A stretch of DNA of 63,343 bases, counting the filler, from an uncultured bacterium (GTDB taxonomy: Bacteria; CAYJRR01), in assembly GCA_964372275.1 (NCBI GenBank). It is 3 parts of 3 records of this genome, joined end to end, with 100 filler letters (N's around TTAATTAATTAA, not from the genome) between each part and the next. Parts side by side here need not be neighbours in the genome. Positions count along the whole stretch, not along the records: positions 42,615 to 63,343 come from CAYJRR010000081.1; 2 more parts are not named here. One strand, given 5' to 3'. The position numbers and the translations under genes were made by a program. The notes under the pieces were generated by a model that worked only from the letters and a program-made list of their open reading frames with translations, did not search any database and was not told the origin of the DNA. Positions 51,594 through 60,435 of this stretch are shown in pieces; position 1 is the first letter of the stretch, and each line of letters opens with the position of its first letter.

Positions 51594-54500
51594 ATGAAGT
51601 GCCCCTCCTGCGGCTTCGAGAGCCCGGCCGGGTTCCGGTTCTGCGGCGCCTGCGGGACGGCCTTCGGCGCGGCCGCGCCGGCCGGTGGCGGGCAAGCGGC
51701 GCCGCCCACCGCGCCCCCCTCGGCTACCGACGCGGGCGCGGCGCTGCCGGCTGCGCCACCGCCGGTCGCCGGCGAATCGCGCCGGGGAGATCGCGGCGCG
51801 ACGCCGGAAACCGCGGACGGTGGCGCGCCGCGCGCCGCCTGGGACGGCATCGACCGCCGCGGGTCGCCGTCTGGCGCACCCCGGCCCTTGCCGCCGGCCG
51901 AGCCGCCAGCCCCCGCGCGCAGCGACGAACGGCGCACGGTCACGATCCTCTTCGCCGACATCTCCGGCTTCACGGCGATGAGCGAGAAGCTGGATCCCGA
52001 GACGGTGCAGGAGGTGATGGACCGTGCCTTCGAGCGGCTCACCGCGGTGATCACCGGATTCGGCGGGACGATCGACAAGTACATCGGCGACGCGATCATG
52101 GCCCTTTTCGGCGCGCCGGTGGCGCTCGGAGACGACCCGGAACGCGCGGTGCGCGCGGGTCTCGCGATGCAGAAGGTGATGTCCGACTACTCGCAGGAGC
52201 TGACGCGGACGCGCGGCATCCCGCTCGCCATGCGCGTCGGCATCAACACCGGGAAGGTGATCTGGGGGCGCGTCGGCGGAGCCGGCGAGAAGAGCTTCAC
52301 GGTGATGGGGGACGCGGTGAACCTGGCGAGCCGGTTGGAGCACGCCGCGCCGATCGGCGGCGTCCTGATCGGCGAGTCGACGCAGCGCCACGTGCGCTCG
52401 CGCTTCTCGCTGGAGGCGTTGGAGCCGATCCAGGTCAAGGGGAAGGCCGAGCCGCAGCGCGTCTACCGGGTGCTCGGCGAGCTCGGGGTGCCGGCGCGCG
52501 CGACGATGCTCGGGCCGCGCTCCCCCTTCGTCGGGCGCGACGAGGAGATGGGGGAGTTCCTCCCCCTCCTGCGCGAGGTGCGGAACGGAGGAACGGGGCG
52601 CGTGACGACGCTCGACGCCCCCGCCGGTTCGGGGAAGAGCCGGCTCGTGCTCGAGCTACGCGCCGAGGCCGACGATCTCGAGCTGCCGACGCTGTCGGCG
52701 CGCGCGGCGCCGTTCGGCCAGGGGGCGCCGTACTCTCCGTGGACCGACCTGATCGCGCGTGGCGCCGGGCTGGGAGGGCTCCCCGCCGGCACCGCGAGGG
52801 AACGCCTGCGGGAGTGGCTGCAAGGGACCGCCGGTTCGCCGGAGGTCGATCCACGCTGGTTCGACGAGCTGGCGAACGTGGTCGACCCGAGCGATCCGGA
52901 GATCCAGCGGCGGCGCGAGCAGCCGGCGCAGTTCCGCAAAGGACTGGCCGAGGCGCTGGTGGCGTGGCTGCGCGCCTACGCCGGCCGCCGCGGACTCCTG
53001 TTCATCGCCGAAGACCTGCACTGGTGGCCGGCCCCGGCGCTCGACCTGCTGGTGCGGGCGGCGGAGGTGGCGCGCGCGGGTCCGATCCTCTTGGTCGCGA
53101 CGCGGCGGCCCGAGCCGGTGGCGGTGCCGTGGCCGCCGGACGCCGCCGACCGCGTCTGGAACCTGGGGCCCCTCGACGGAGCGGCGCTCCACGCCCTGGC
53201 CCACGGCGTGCTGGGCGGCGAACCGCCGTCGGCGCTGATCCGGCGCCTGCAATCGACGAGCGGCGGGAACCCGTTCTTCGCCGAGGAGCTGGTGCAGGCG
53301 TTCATCGACACCGGCGCGCTTTCGCCACGCGGCGACCGGAAAGGCTGGACCTGGGACGAAGCCAAGGCCGAGCGCGCCCAACTGCCGACGACCGTCGAGG
53401 GGGTCACCCAAGCCCGCATCGACGCGCTCCCGGCGCGCGAGCGGCGCGTCTTGCAGATGGCCGCCGTCGCGGGGCGCACCTTCTGGCTGGGGCTGCTCAA
53501 GGCGATGGGGGAGCCTTTGGCGCACGAGGCCGTTCAGCAGCTCGTCGGCCGCGACCTGATCCACGGCCGCCGCTCGCGCCTCGCCGGCGAGACCGAGTAC
53601 ACCTTCAAGCACCCGATCATCCAGTCGGTCGCCTACGAGAACGCGCTCAAGCGCGAGCGCCTGAACGACCACCGGCGGGTGGCGGAATGGCTAGAGGCCC
53701 GGGCCGGCGAAGCGGCCACCGAGTTCGCGCCGATCATCGCCGAGCACTACCAGCGTGCCGACCTCAAGCCGAAGGCGCTCCCGTTCCTGCTGCGCGCCGC
53801 CACCGACGCCGCCATCGCCTTTGCCCGGCTGGAGGAAGCGACCGCCGTCGAGGAGGCGGTTCGCGTCGCGGAGGAGGTTCGGGACGACGGGGCTCTCGGC
53901 CAGGCCCTCGGTCTCCGCGGCCGCCTCCGCCGCCGCGCCAGCCACCCCGATGCCGAGTCCGACCTGCGCCGCGCCATCGAGATCGCCGAGCGCCGGGAGG
54001 ACGCCATGCTGCTCGCCGAAGCCGGAATGGACCTGACGGGCGTCGTCTACTATCGCGGCGACCTCGCCGAGGCGGAGGCGCTCGCCCGCAAGACAGAAGA
54101 GGCCGCGAAGCGCGCCGGCTCGGCGAGGATTCAGGCGATATCACTCAACGTGCTCGGTAGCATTGCGCAGGCCCGCGGAGAGCTCGACGCGGCGATCGCG
54201 TTCAAGTCGAACGCTCTACGACGGGCGGAGGAAGCGTCCATCGATCGGGTGATCGGTCTCGTTCTCATTTCGCTCGGCTGGGTGCACCTTGCCGCCGGTC
54301 GGTTTCAAGACTGCATCGCGGTTTGCGAGCGGGCGCTTCAGATGTCGGTCGGTAGCGAAAACGAGGTCCACCTGCGGAGCAACCTGGGCGCCTCCCTGCT
54401 GGGACTCGATCAGCTCGATCGAGCGCTCTCCGAACTCAGCGGAGGACTGGAAAAATCGGAGCGCATCGGATCCCGGATGATGACCGCCGAACTTCTCGTT

Positions 54501-54758
54501 CGACGGGGCGAGGTCCGGATCCGCCTCGGCGAAAAATCGGCCGGCTACGAGGAGATCGATCGAGGGATCGCTCTCGCGCGCGAAATCGATGCCGCGGAGC
54601 CGCTGATCGAGGGGCTCTGTCGAAAAGCAGAAGTCCTCATGGGTGAGAATCGCATCGCGGCCAAGGATGCCGCTCTGGAAGCCCGGTCCCTTTCGGCCCG
54701 TCGTGGTCTTCGCCAGTTCCTCGTGCGCGCGGATGAACTGCTGCAACGTCTGGGCTAG
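51594..54758 (+). CDS. Zinc-ribbon + class III adenylate/guanylate cyclase + STAND-type ATPase + TPR protein
   Basis: CPSCG..FCGACG; FADISGFT, KYIGDAIM, GDAVNLASRL; FVGRDEE, PAGSGKS, EDLHW, GGNPFFAEE; TPR-like tail. Confidence 0.92.
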   Translation: MKCPSCGFESPAGFRFCGACGTAFGAAAPAGGGQAAPPTAPPSATDAGAALPAAPPPVAGESRRGDRGATPETADGGAPRAAWDGIDRRGSPSGAPRPLPPAEPPAPARSDERRTVTILFADISGFTAMSEKLDPETVQEVMDRAFERLTAVITGFGGTIDKYIGDAIMALFGAPVALGDDPERAVRAGLAMQKVMSDYSQELTRTRGIPLAMRVGINTGKVIWGRVGGAGEKSFTVMGDAVNLASRLEHAAPIGGVLIGESTQRHVRSRFSLEALEPIQVKGKAEPQRVYRVLGELGVPARATMLGPRSPFVGRDEEMGEFLPLLREVRNGGTGRVTTLDAPAGSGKSRLVLELRAEADDLELPTLSARAAPFGQGAPYSPWTDLIARGAGLGGLPAGTARERLREWLQGTAGSPEVDPRWFDELANVVDPSDPEIQRRREQPAQFRKGLAEALVAWLRAYAGRRGLLFIAEDLHWWPAPALDLLVRAAEVARAGPILLVATRRPEPVAVPWPPDAADRVWNLGPLDGAALHALAHGVLGGEPPSALIRRLQSTSGGNPFFAEELVQAFIDTGALSPRGDRKGWTWDEAKAERAQLPTTVEGVTQARIDALPARERRVLQMAAVAGRTFWLGLLKAMGEPLAHEAVQQLVGRDLIHGRRSRLAGETEYTFKHPIIQSVAYENALKRERLNDHRRVAEWLEARAGEAATEFAPIIAEHYQRADLKPKALPFLLRAATDAAIAFARLEEATAVEEAVRVAEEVRDDGALGQALGLRGRLRRRASHPDAESDLRRAIEIAERREDAMLLAEAGMDLTGVVYYRGDLAEAEALARKTEEAAKRAGSARIQAISLNVLGSIAQARGELDAAIAFKSNALRRAEEASIDRVIGLVLISLGWVHLAAGRFQDCIAVCERALQMSVGSENEVHLRSNLGASLLGLDQLDRALSELSGGLEKSERIGSRMMTAELLVRRGEVRIRLGEKSAGYEEIDRGIALAREIDAAEPLIEGLCRKAEVLMGENRIAAKDAALEARSLSARRGLRQFLVRADELLQRLG

Positions 54759-56344
54759 GGAACCGCCGCCGCGACCGTCACCTTCTCCGGCACGCTGTTG
54801 ACGTTCAGGTAGAACATCAGGTCGACGAAGAGATTCAACTGCGTCTCGGTCAGGCCTTCCGGGTTCATGATGTCCTGGGCGTAGATGTAGGTCTGCTCCC
54901 ACGTTCCCGGAATCTCGATCGATCCCTCGTAGAGCCGGCGCCGGATCTCGCCATGGCTCCAGAACGACTCGTTGGAGTTGAACTCCTGCTGGACCTGCTC
55001 GCTCTGGGTTTCGGCAAAACCGCCGACGTCGTACACCAGACTCGGATCGAGCGAGGCCTGGAAGGCGAAGTTCGAATAGATGTCGTTGGCCGCCCGGTAC
55101 CACTCCATGACCACCGCGCTTCCGGCGCTGTTGACGATGGCGGTGCGCAGACCTTCCAGCGAATTGCGGATCGAGGCGTCGCCACAGGCGTCCATGGTGG
55201 GGCCGACCGAATCTCCGCAGGGCGATTGTCCGTCGTCGGGGAACTCGTTCGTCGTCTGCCAGCAGGTGACGGCGTGCTCGATCCGGGCGAACGCGTTCTC
55301 GAACCGGAGCATCTGGGACGTGCGGTACTGCGCAAGCTCCCGGGGTGTTGCCGGGTTGGGGTCGTCGGAGTCGAACCGAAGCTGGAAGCGCTGCGCGAAC
55401 GCCTGCAGATGCTCGTGGAAACGCCGGTTGCCGCCAAAGTCGATCCCCGAACTCTCGGCGTTGCGTGCCATCCACGCGTAGCGCGCGAACTCCGCCCGTC
55501 GCTGCGCCGCGTCGTCGAAGGGATCGGCCTCGTTCCGTGCCCGGTCGACCTCCTCCTCCGCCGCCTCCCGCAGCGCGGCGAACTTCTGGCGCTGCTCCTC
55601 GGCGTTCGGGCCGGCTGGGGCGCCGGAGATCCCCTGGATGCCGTCGAGGTAGGTGTCCCGGATCAACGTCTTCAGCTCCTCGACGAAGCTCGAGTCCCAG
55701 TCGCCAAGGTTGCCGAGGAGCTCGGTCGAGATGGCGGCCTTGACGTCGGCCAGTAGCGCGAGATCTTCGAACTCGTCTTCCGTCAGCCGGCAAGCGACGA
55801 TCGATTCCAGCGTCGATTCGTTGTCGACGAGCTCGGAGGAGGCGACGACCATCGGCGATACCGGGATCGGATCGTCGGCCGTTCCCTCGGCGGCCGGCCG
55901 TGCCAGCGCGACCATCACCAGCGTCTTGCCCTCGCCGTCCAGGATCCGGATGTGAAGCGGCTTGCCGGCGAAGTCGTCCTTGATGGTGACGGTGTAGGTG
56001 CCGATGTTGCCGTCGACAACCAGCAAGGACTTGTCACTCGCGGGATCGGGTTCCGCGGAAAAAGTAATCTCGCCACCGGGCTCGCTGATCTCCGGGCAGG
56101 CACTCTCCCCGGACCCGGTACCGGGGGACGCTTCGATTTCCGGAAGGTGGATCGCCTGAGCGTAGTAGGTCGTCTCGGCGTCGGCGAACGAGAAGGTCGC
56201 CGGAAGCTCGACCTGTCCCGTCGCGGCACAGCAGGGATCACCGCCACTTTGGGGTCCCTTGCCCGCGCAGGCCTGCAGCGCCGTTGCGCATCCCCACAAG
56301 GTGACGAATCGAATCGCCGCGCGCGTCACGTCCGAACCGGTCAT
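54755..56344 (-). CDS. Hypothetical exported protein / probable lipoprotein
   Basis: GAGG RBS; ALQAC lipobox-like; ~530 aa, acidic, helical C-terminal half; no recognised family. Confidence 0.65.
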   Translation of the reverse strand: MTGSDVTRAAIRFVTLWGCATALQACAGKGPQSGGDPCCAATGQVELPATFSFADAETTYYAQAIHLPEIEASPGTGSGESACPEISEPGGEITFSAEPDPASDKSLLVVDGNIGTYTVTIKDDFAGKPLHIRILDGEGKTLVMVALARPAAEGTADDPIPVSPMVVASSELVDNESTLESIVACRLTEDEFEDLALLADVKAAISTELLGNLGDWDSSFVEELKTLIRDTYLDGIQGISGAPAGPNAEEQRQKFAALREAAEEEVDRARNEADPFDDAAQRRAEFARYAWMARNAESSGIDFGGNRRFHEHLQAFAQRFQLRFDSDDPNPATPRELAQYRTSQMLRFENAFARIEHAVTCWQTTNEFPDDGQSPCGDSVGPTMDACGDASIRNSLEGLRTAIVNSAGSAVVMEWYRAANDIYSNFAFQASLDPSLVYDVGGFAETQSEQVQQEFNSNESFWSHGEIRRRLYEGSIEIPGTWEQTYIYAQDIMNPEGLTETQLNLFVDLMFYLNVNSVPEKVTVAAAVP

Positions 56345-56385
56345 CCGAGACCTCGATGAAAATTGGGAGCGGGGAGAGACCCAGG

Positions 56386-56401
56386 TGCACCCGCCATGCC
56401 G
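56386..56401 (-). promoter_or_regulatory. Putative sigma54 promoter
   Basis: Minus strand CGGCATGGCGGGTGCA, GG-N10-GC, ~40 nt upstream of ATG 56344. Confidence 0.45.
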
Positions 56402-56561
56402 AGGAATCACCCGGTTGGCGCCCGAAGCGCAAGGGAATTTCCCGATCGGGGCGTGAGGCGGATCACGTGGCGATCGGGAGGCGAGGGGCGTACGCCCCGG
56501 GCTGACAGCGGTGTCGCGAAGTGTGGTTAGATAGGCGGCCGCTGGCGAAGGGGGGCGCACG

Positions 56562-57143
56562 ATGAACTCCGGCAAGCGATCGCAGGCGTCACGTGATCTC
56601 CACTTCTTCGTGGTGGGAACGGCCTGGGGGCCGGCGCTTCTGGTGTGGTCGGAGACCGGGGTGGCGCGATTCGAGCTGCCGGATCCGACAGGCGCGGCGA
56701 TCACGGCGCGCGGTGAGGCGATCGCGAAGCCCGGGAAGCCCTCCGGATTCGCCGCCGAAGCGGTGCGTCGGATCCGTGCCTATTTCGACGGCCACGCCGT
56801 CGAGCTCGACGGTCTGCCGCTCGACCTCGGGGCGGCGGCGCCGTTCGCGCGACGCGTCTACGAGGAGACCCGGCGCGTCGCGCGCGGGCAGGTCTCGACC
56901 TACGGCGAAATCGCCGAGCGCATCGGCTCCCCGGGAGCGGCCCGTTCGGTCGGCGGGGCGCTGGCGCACAATCCGATCGGACTGATCGTCCCCTGCCACC
57001 GCATCCTGGCCGCCGGCGGAAAGGTCGGCGGATTCAGCGCCGCGGGCGGGGTCCCCCTCAAGCGCCGGATGCTTGCGCTCGAAGGGGCTCCGGCGGTGCC
57101 GAAACGGCGATCACCGCGCCGACCGCTCCTTCGTATTCTCTAG
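56562..57143 (+). CDS. ogt: Methylated-DNA--protein-cysteine S-methyltransferase
   Basis: STYGEIA..ARSVGGAL..NPIGLIVPCHRIL..GGF..KRRMLALEG. Confidence 0.93.
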   Translation: MNSGKRSQASRDLHFFVVGTAWGPALLVWSETGVARFELPDPTGAAITARGEAIAKPGKPSGFAAEAVRRIRAYFDGHAVELDGLPLDLGAAAPFARRVYEETRRVARGQVSTYGEIAERIGSPGAARSVGGALAHNPIGLIVPCHRILAAGGKVGGFSAAGGVPLKRRMLALEGAPAVPKRRSPRRPLLRIL

Positions 57144-57639
57144 TTCGGGCTCGCGCCGGCGGGCGCGCCGGGATCGCCGGTTCGAAGAGCGGCGACGCGA
57201 ACGGGCGAAGGGCCTGCGTCCGCCGGCAGGCGCGCGCCGCCCGCCGGGTCAGCGCACGTCGCGCAGAGCGGACGGCCATGCGCTCGGCGGACGTGACAAG
57301 CCTTCGTTCGGCCTCGTCGATCGGGACCCAGGTCACGAACGGCGCGCCCGGCGCATGAGGGCCGGTCGACGCCCGCAGCAGGAAGAAGAAGGCGATCCCG
57401 TCCGAAAGCTCGGCGCGCGCCAGACGACGAGGTCCCCGGCCGATGTGTCCGGTCCGGTCCAGCATCTGCCGCGCCGACGCGTCGGCGAGACGTTCGTCCT
57501 CGCGCACCGGTCCGCGCGGCAGGACGCACGCCCCCTCGGCATCGCCTGCGAGAGGGACGAGGCACACTTCGACTCCGTGATCGTGCTCCCGCCAGAGCAC
57601 GCCCCCCGCGGTGACCGTCGGTGTCGTCGGAGCAACCAT
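57058..57639 (-). CDS. Degenerate NUDIX-fold protein
   Basis: TAGGVLWRE..VEVCLV..LPRG, WVPIDEAERRL; Nudix box reads GPVREDERLADASARQMLDRTG; tail overlaps ogt. Confidence 0.55.
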   Translation of the reverse strand: MVAPTTPTVTAGGVLWREHDHGVEVCLVPLAGDAEGACVLPRGPVREDERLADASARQMLDRTGHIGRGPRRLARAELSDGIAFFFLLRASTGPHAPGAPFVTWVPIDEAERRLVTSAERMAVRSARRALTRRAARACRRTQALRPFASPLFEPAIPARPPARARTREYEGAVGAVIAVSAPPEPLRAQASGA

Positions 57640-57726
57640 TCTTTCGCCCGAACAGCGCAACTCTAGGTCGCCGGGAGGTCTCGGCAAGGCGATCGCCGAA
57701 ATTTTCCGATACCATCGGCCCGGGTC

Positions 57727-58149
57727 ATGTCCGTCGACGGTTTCCCCTGCGTCGTCCCGGTCCGGGTTCGGTTCGCCGATTGCGATCCGCTGGGCCACCT
57801 CAACAACGCGCGCTACTTCACCTATCTCGAAGAGGCGCGTTTTGCGTGGTTCCGGGCCGTCTTCGGCGAAGGCGGCTTCCAGCGCCATTCGATCATCCTG
57901 GCCCATGCGGCGTGCTCGTTCCGCTCGGCGGCCGTCCCCTACGAGGAGCTGCGGGTCGGGATCCGCGTCGCCCGGATCGGACGAAGCTCCTTCACCCACG
58001 CCTACCGGATGGAATCGGCCGCGGACGGTCGACTCGTGGCGGAGGCGGAGACGGTCGGGGTCCGATTCGACTACGCGGCGAACGCTCCCTGTCCGCTCGG
58101 TGACGACTTTCGGAGCGCGGTCGAGGCGCACCAGGGTCCCGTTTCATGA
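57727..58149 (+). CDS. Acyl-CoA thioesterase (hot-dog, 4HBT/YbgC family)
   Basis: VRFADCDPLGHLNNARYFTYLEEAR, RIGRSSF. Confidence 0.92.
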   Translation: MSVDGFPCVVPVRVRFADCDPLGHLNNARYFTYLEEARFAWFRAVFGEGGFQRHSIILAHAACSFRSAAVPYEELRVGIRVARIGRSSFTHAYRMESAADGRLVAEAETVGVRFDYAANAPCPLGDDFRSAVEAHQGPVS

Positions 58150-59150
58150 CGGCCGATCTTCGGACCGAGGTCCGCGTCGCGCGCGAGTCGGCGGCGGTGT
58201 GCGATCGCTCCGACCGGGGGAAGCTCAGGGTCACGGGGGCCGACCGGCAGACGTTTCTCAACAACATGCTCAGCAACGACCTTGCTTCGCGTCCGCCCGG
58301 GAGCGGCTGCCGCGCCGAGCTGTTGGACGACCGCGGGCACGTCGTGGCCGACCTGCGGGTCTACGTCGGCGACACGGAGATCCTCCTCGACCTCGAGCCG
58401 GGCCTCGCGCCGGCGGCGAAACAGGCGCTCGAGAAGTTCGTGATCATGGACGACGCGGTCTTCGAGGACGTGAGCGAGGCGTATGCCCTCTTCACCGTCT
58501 GCGGGCCTCGAGCCGAAACGGTGGTCGCCTCCGCGACGAAGGGGATCGTTCCGTCCGACGCCCCCTATGCGCACCTACCGTGCGAGGTCGGAGGCGTCGC
58601 GGGCCGGGTGTCGCGCACGCGGTGGACCGCCGGCGGCGCTCGCGACTTCGATCTCCTCGTTCCGCGTGATCGCGCGGAGACGGCGCGCGATGCGTTGCGC
58701 GCGGCCGTGCTCGCGGTCGGAGGCGGCGTGATCTTCCGGGAGGCGTTCGAGACGCTCCGGATCGAGGCGGGGATTGCGCGGCAAGGGGCCGACCTCGATC
58801 AGGTGATCCCGCTCGAGGCGCGGCTGGAGCGGGAGGCGGTCTCCTTCACCAAGGGTTGCTACCTGGGACAGGAGATCGTGGCCCGGATCGTGGCCCGCGG
58901 GCACGTCAATCGCCTGCTCGTCGGGCTGGCGCTCGAGGGGGACGCGGTCCCCCGGGTGGGGGCGGCGGTCCGTCACGAGGGCAAGGAGGTCGGTCGCGTG
59001 ACCTCCGCCACCTCCTCGCCGACCGTCGGCCGACCGATCGCGCTCGCCTACGTGCGCCGCGAACACGCCGCCGCGGGAACGAAACTCTTCGTTTCGCTCC
59101 CGGCCGGCGAGGGCCCGGCCGTGGTGGCCGATCTGCCGTTCGTCCCGTAA
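58146..59150 (+). CDS. ygfZ: YgfZ/GcvT-family folate-binding protein
   Basis: VTGADRQTFL, RIEAG, SFTKGCYLGQEIVAR. Confidence 0.9.
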   Translation: MTADLRTEVRVARESAAVCDRSDRGKLRVTGADRQTFLNNMLSNDLASRPPGSGCRAELLDDRGHVVADLRVYVGDTEILLDLEPGLAPAAKQALEKFVIMDDAVFEDVSEAYALFTVCGPRAETVVASATKGIVPSDAPYAHLPCEVGGVAGRVSRTRWTAGGARDFDLLVPRDRAETARDALRAAVLAVGGGVIFREAFETLRIEAGIARQGADLDQVIPLEARLEREAVSFTKGCYLGQEIVARIVARGHVNRLLVGLALEGDAVPRVGAAVRHEGKEVGRVTSATSSPTVGRPIALAYVRREHAAAGTKLFVSLPAGEGPAVVADLPFVP

Positions 59151-59162
59151 TCGCTTCCGTGG

Positions 59163-59906
59163 TTATCGACTGACGCCGGCACCGTTGTTGAGAACGCCGC
59201 GCGGTCCGATCGTCGTCGGCCGATTGCGGATGATCTCGCCGGGGGTGGTGAGGACCGGGCGCGAGTCGCGATTGCGGGCGATGTTGGTCCCGGGCATCTC
59301 CCGAAGATCCGGGCGTTCCGGCGTCGGATCGGTCTCCACTGGGCTCCCGATTGTGCCGGTGTCGCGGGGAGGGAATAGCCGACCGGGGGTTTCGGGGATC
59401 GGGTGCTCGCGCCGACCGCCATTCAGGCCGGTTCCGTTGCCGTTTCCACCGGGACCACCGCCGGGGCCACCGCCGGGGCCGCCCCCGGGGCCGCCGTTCA
59501 ATCCGCCACCCACCGGCGGCGGCGGGGGGACCCCCCGTCCGAAACCACCGCCCTCTGGCGGCGTCGCCGCCTCTTCCTGCATCTGTCGCCATAGCTCATA
59601 GCCGCCCCACACGAGGAGACCCACGCCAAGTGCAACGCCGATTGCCGGAACCAAGAACGGAACGGAGACCCCGAAAAGTCCGAGTCCGACCGGTGCGAGC
59701 GGCGAGGCCACGGCCAATGCAACGCCGCCGGCCACCTTGCCGATCGGCGACGTCACCTTCTCCACGGCCCCTTTCACCGAGTCGACCAGGTCGCCGAAGC
59801 CCCACGCGTTCGCGGCCGGCGCCGACAGCAGCGTCACCGAGACGGCGACCGCCACCGTGCCGCCGCGCGCGACCTTCGCCATCCGACCGAACATTGCGAC
59901 CGCCAT
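59163..59906 (-). CDS. Hypothetical exported/membrane protein with Gly/Pro-rich tail
   Basis: GGGAGG RBS; signal peptide ending APAANA; long Gly-rich hydrophobic stretch; (GGGP)n tail. Confidence 0.7.
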   Translation of the reverse strand: MAVAMFGRMAKVARGGTVAVAVSVTLLSAPAANAWGFGDLVDSVKGAVEKVTSPIGKVAGGVALAVASPLAPVGLGLFGVSVPFLVPAIGVALGVGLLVWGGYELWRQMQEEAATPPEGGGFGRGVPPPPPVGGGLNGGPGGGPGGGPGGGPGGNGNGTGLNGGRREHPIPETPGRLFPPRDTGTIGSPVETDPTPERPDLREMPGTNIARNRDSRPVLTTPGEIIRNRPTTIGPRGVLNNGAGVSR

Positions 59907-59950
59907 GCGTCGACCTCCCCAGAGGGTTTCGAGCGAGCCGCCCGCAAGTC

Positions 59951-59966
59951 AGCAACCGGTGTGCCG
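59951..59966 (-). promoter_or_regulatory. sigma54 promoter of the 59906 gene
   Basis: Minus strand CGGCACACCGGTTGCT, near-consensus GGCAC-N5-TTGC. Confidence 0.75.
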
Positions 59967-60103
59967 GTCGGCCGGACGCCCCCCGACGCCCGGCAAATCG
60001 GGAATCGACGGCGGTTTTCGGCGCTTTTCGGGTGGCGACGAGCTGCCGACAAAAGGTCGCATTGAGAACCCCGAACCCCATCTGGTAGTGTGACCGTTTC
60101 TCG

Positions 60104-60433
60104 ATGGGCGAAGACGCGATCCAGATCGGTCCGGAGGAGCTTCGAACCAAGCTGCAGTCGGCGGCGCCGCCGCAGCTGATCGACGTCCGCTGGCCACAGG
60201 AGCACCAGATCTGCCGGATCGAGGGGGCGCGGCTGATCCCGCTCGACCGCCTGCCGGCATCGCTCGGGGAGCTCGATCCGGAGGCGGAGCTGGTCGTCTA
60301 CTGCCATCACGGAATGCGCTCGCTCAACGCGGTGCAGTTCCTCCGCGCGCAGGGTTTCGCGAACGCACGGAGCCTTTCGGGTGGGATCGACCTCTGGTCC
60401 CAGCGGATCGATCCGGCCGTTCCGCGTTACTGA
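60104..60433 (+). CDS. Rhodanese-like domain protein
   Basis: LIDVR..E..RIEGA, VVYCHHGMRS, SLSGGIDLWS..IDP. Confidence 0.92.
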   Translation: MGEDAIQIGPEELRTKLQSAAPPQLIDVRWPQEHQICRIEGARLIPLDRLPASLGELDPEAELVVYCHHGMRSLNAVQFLRAQGFANARSLSGGIDLWSQRIDPAVPRY

Positions 60434-60435
60434 CG

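Noticed and set aside
56416-56431. GG-N10-GC on the + strand upstream of ogt
   Set aside because: Poor match around -12 (GCGCA); likely chance in high-GC DNA
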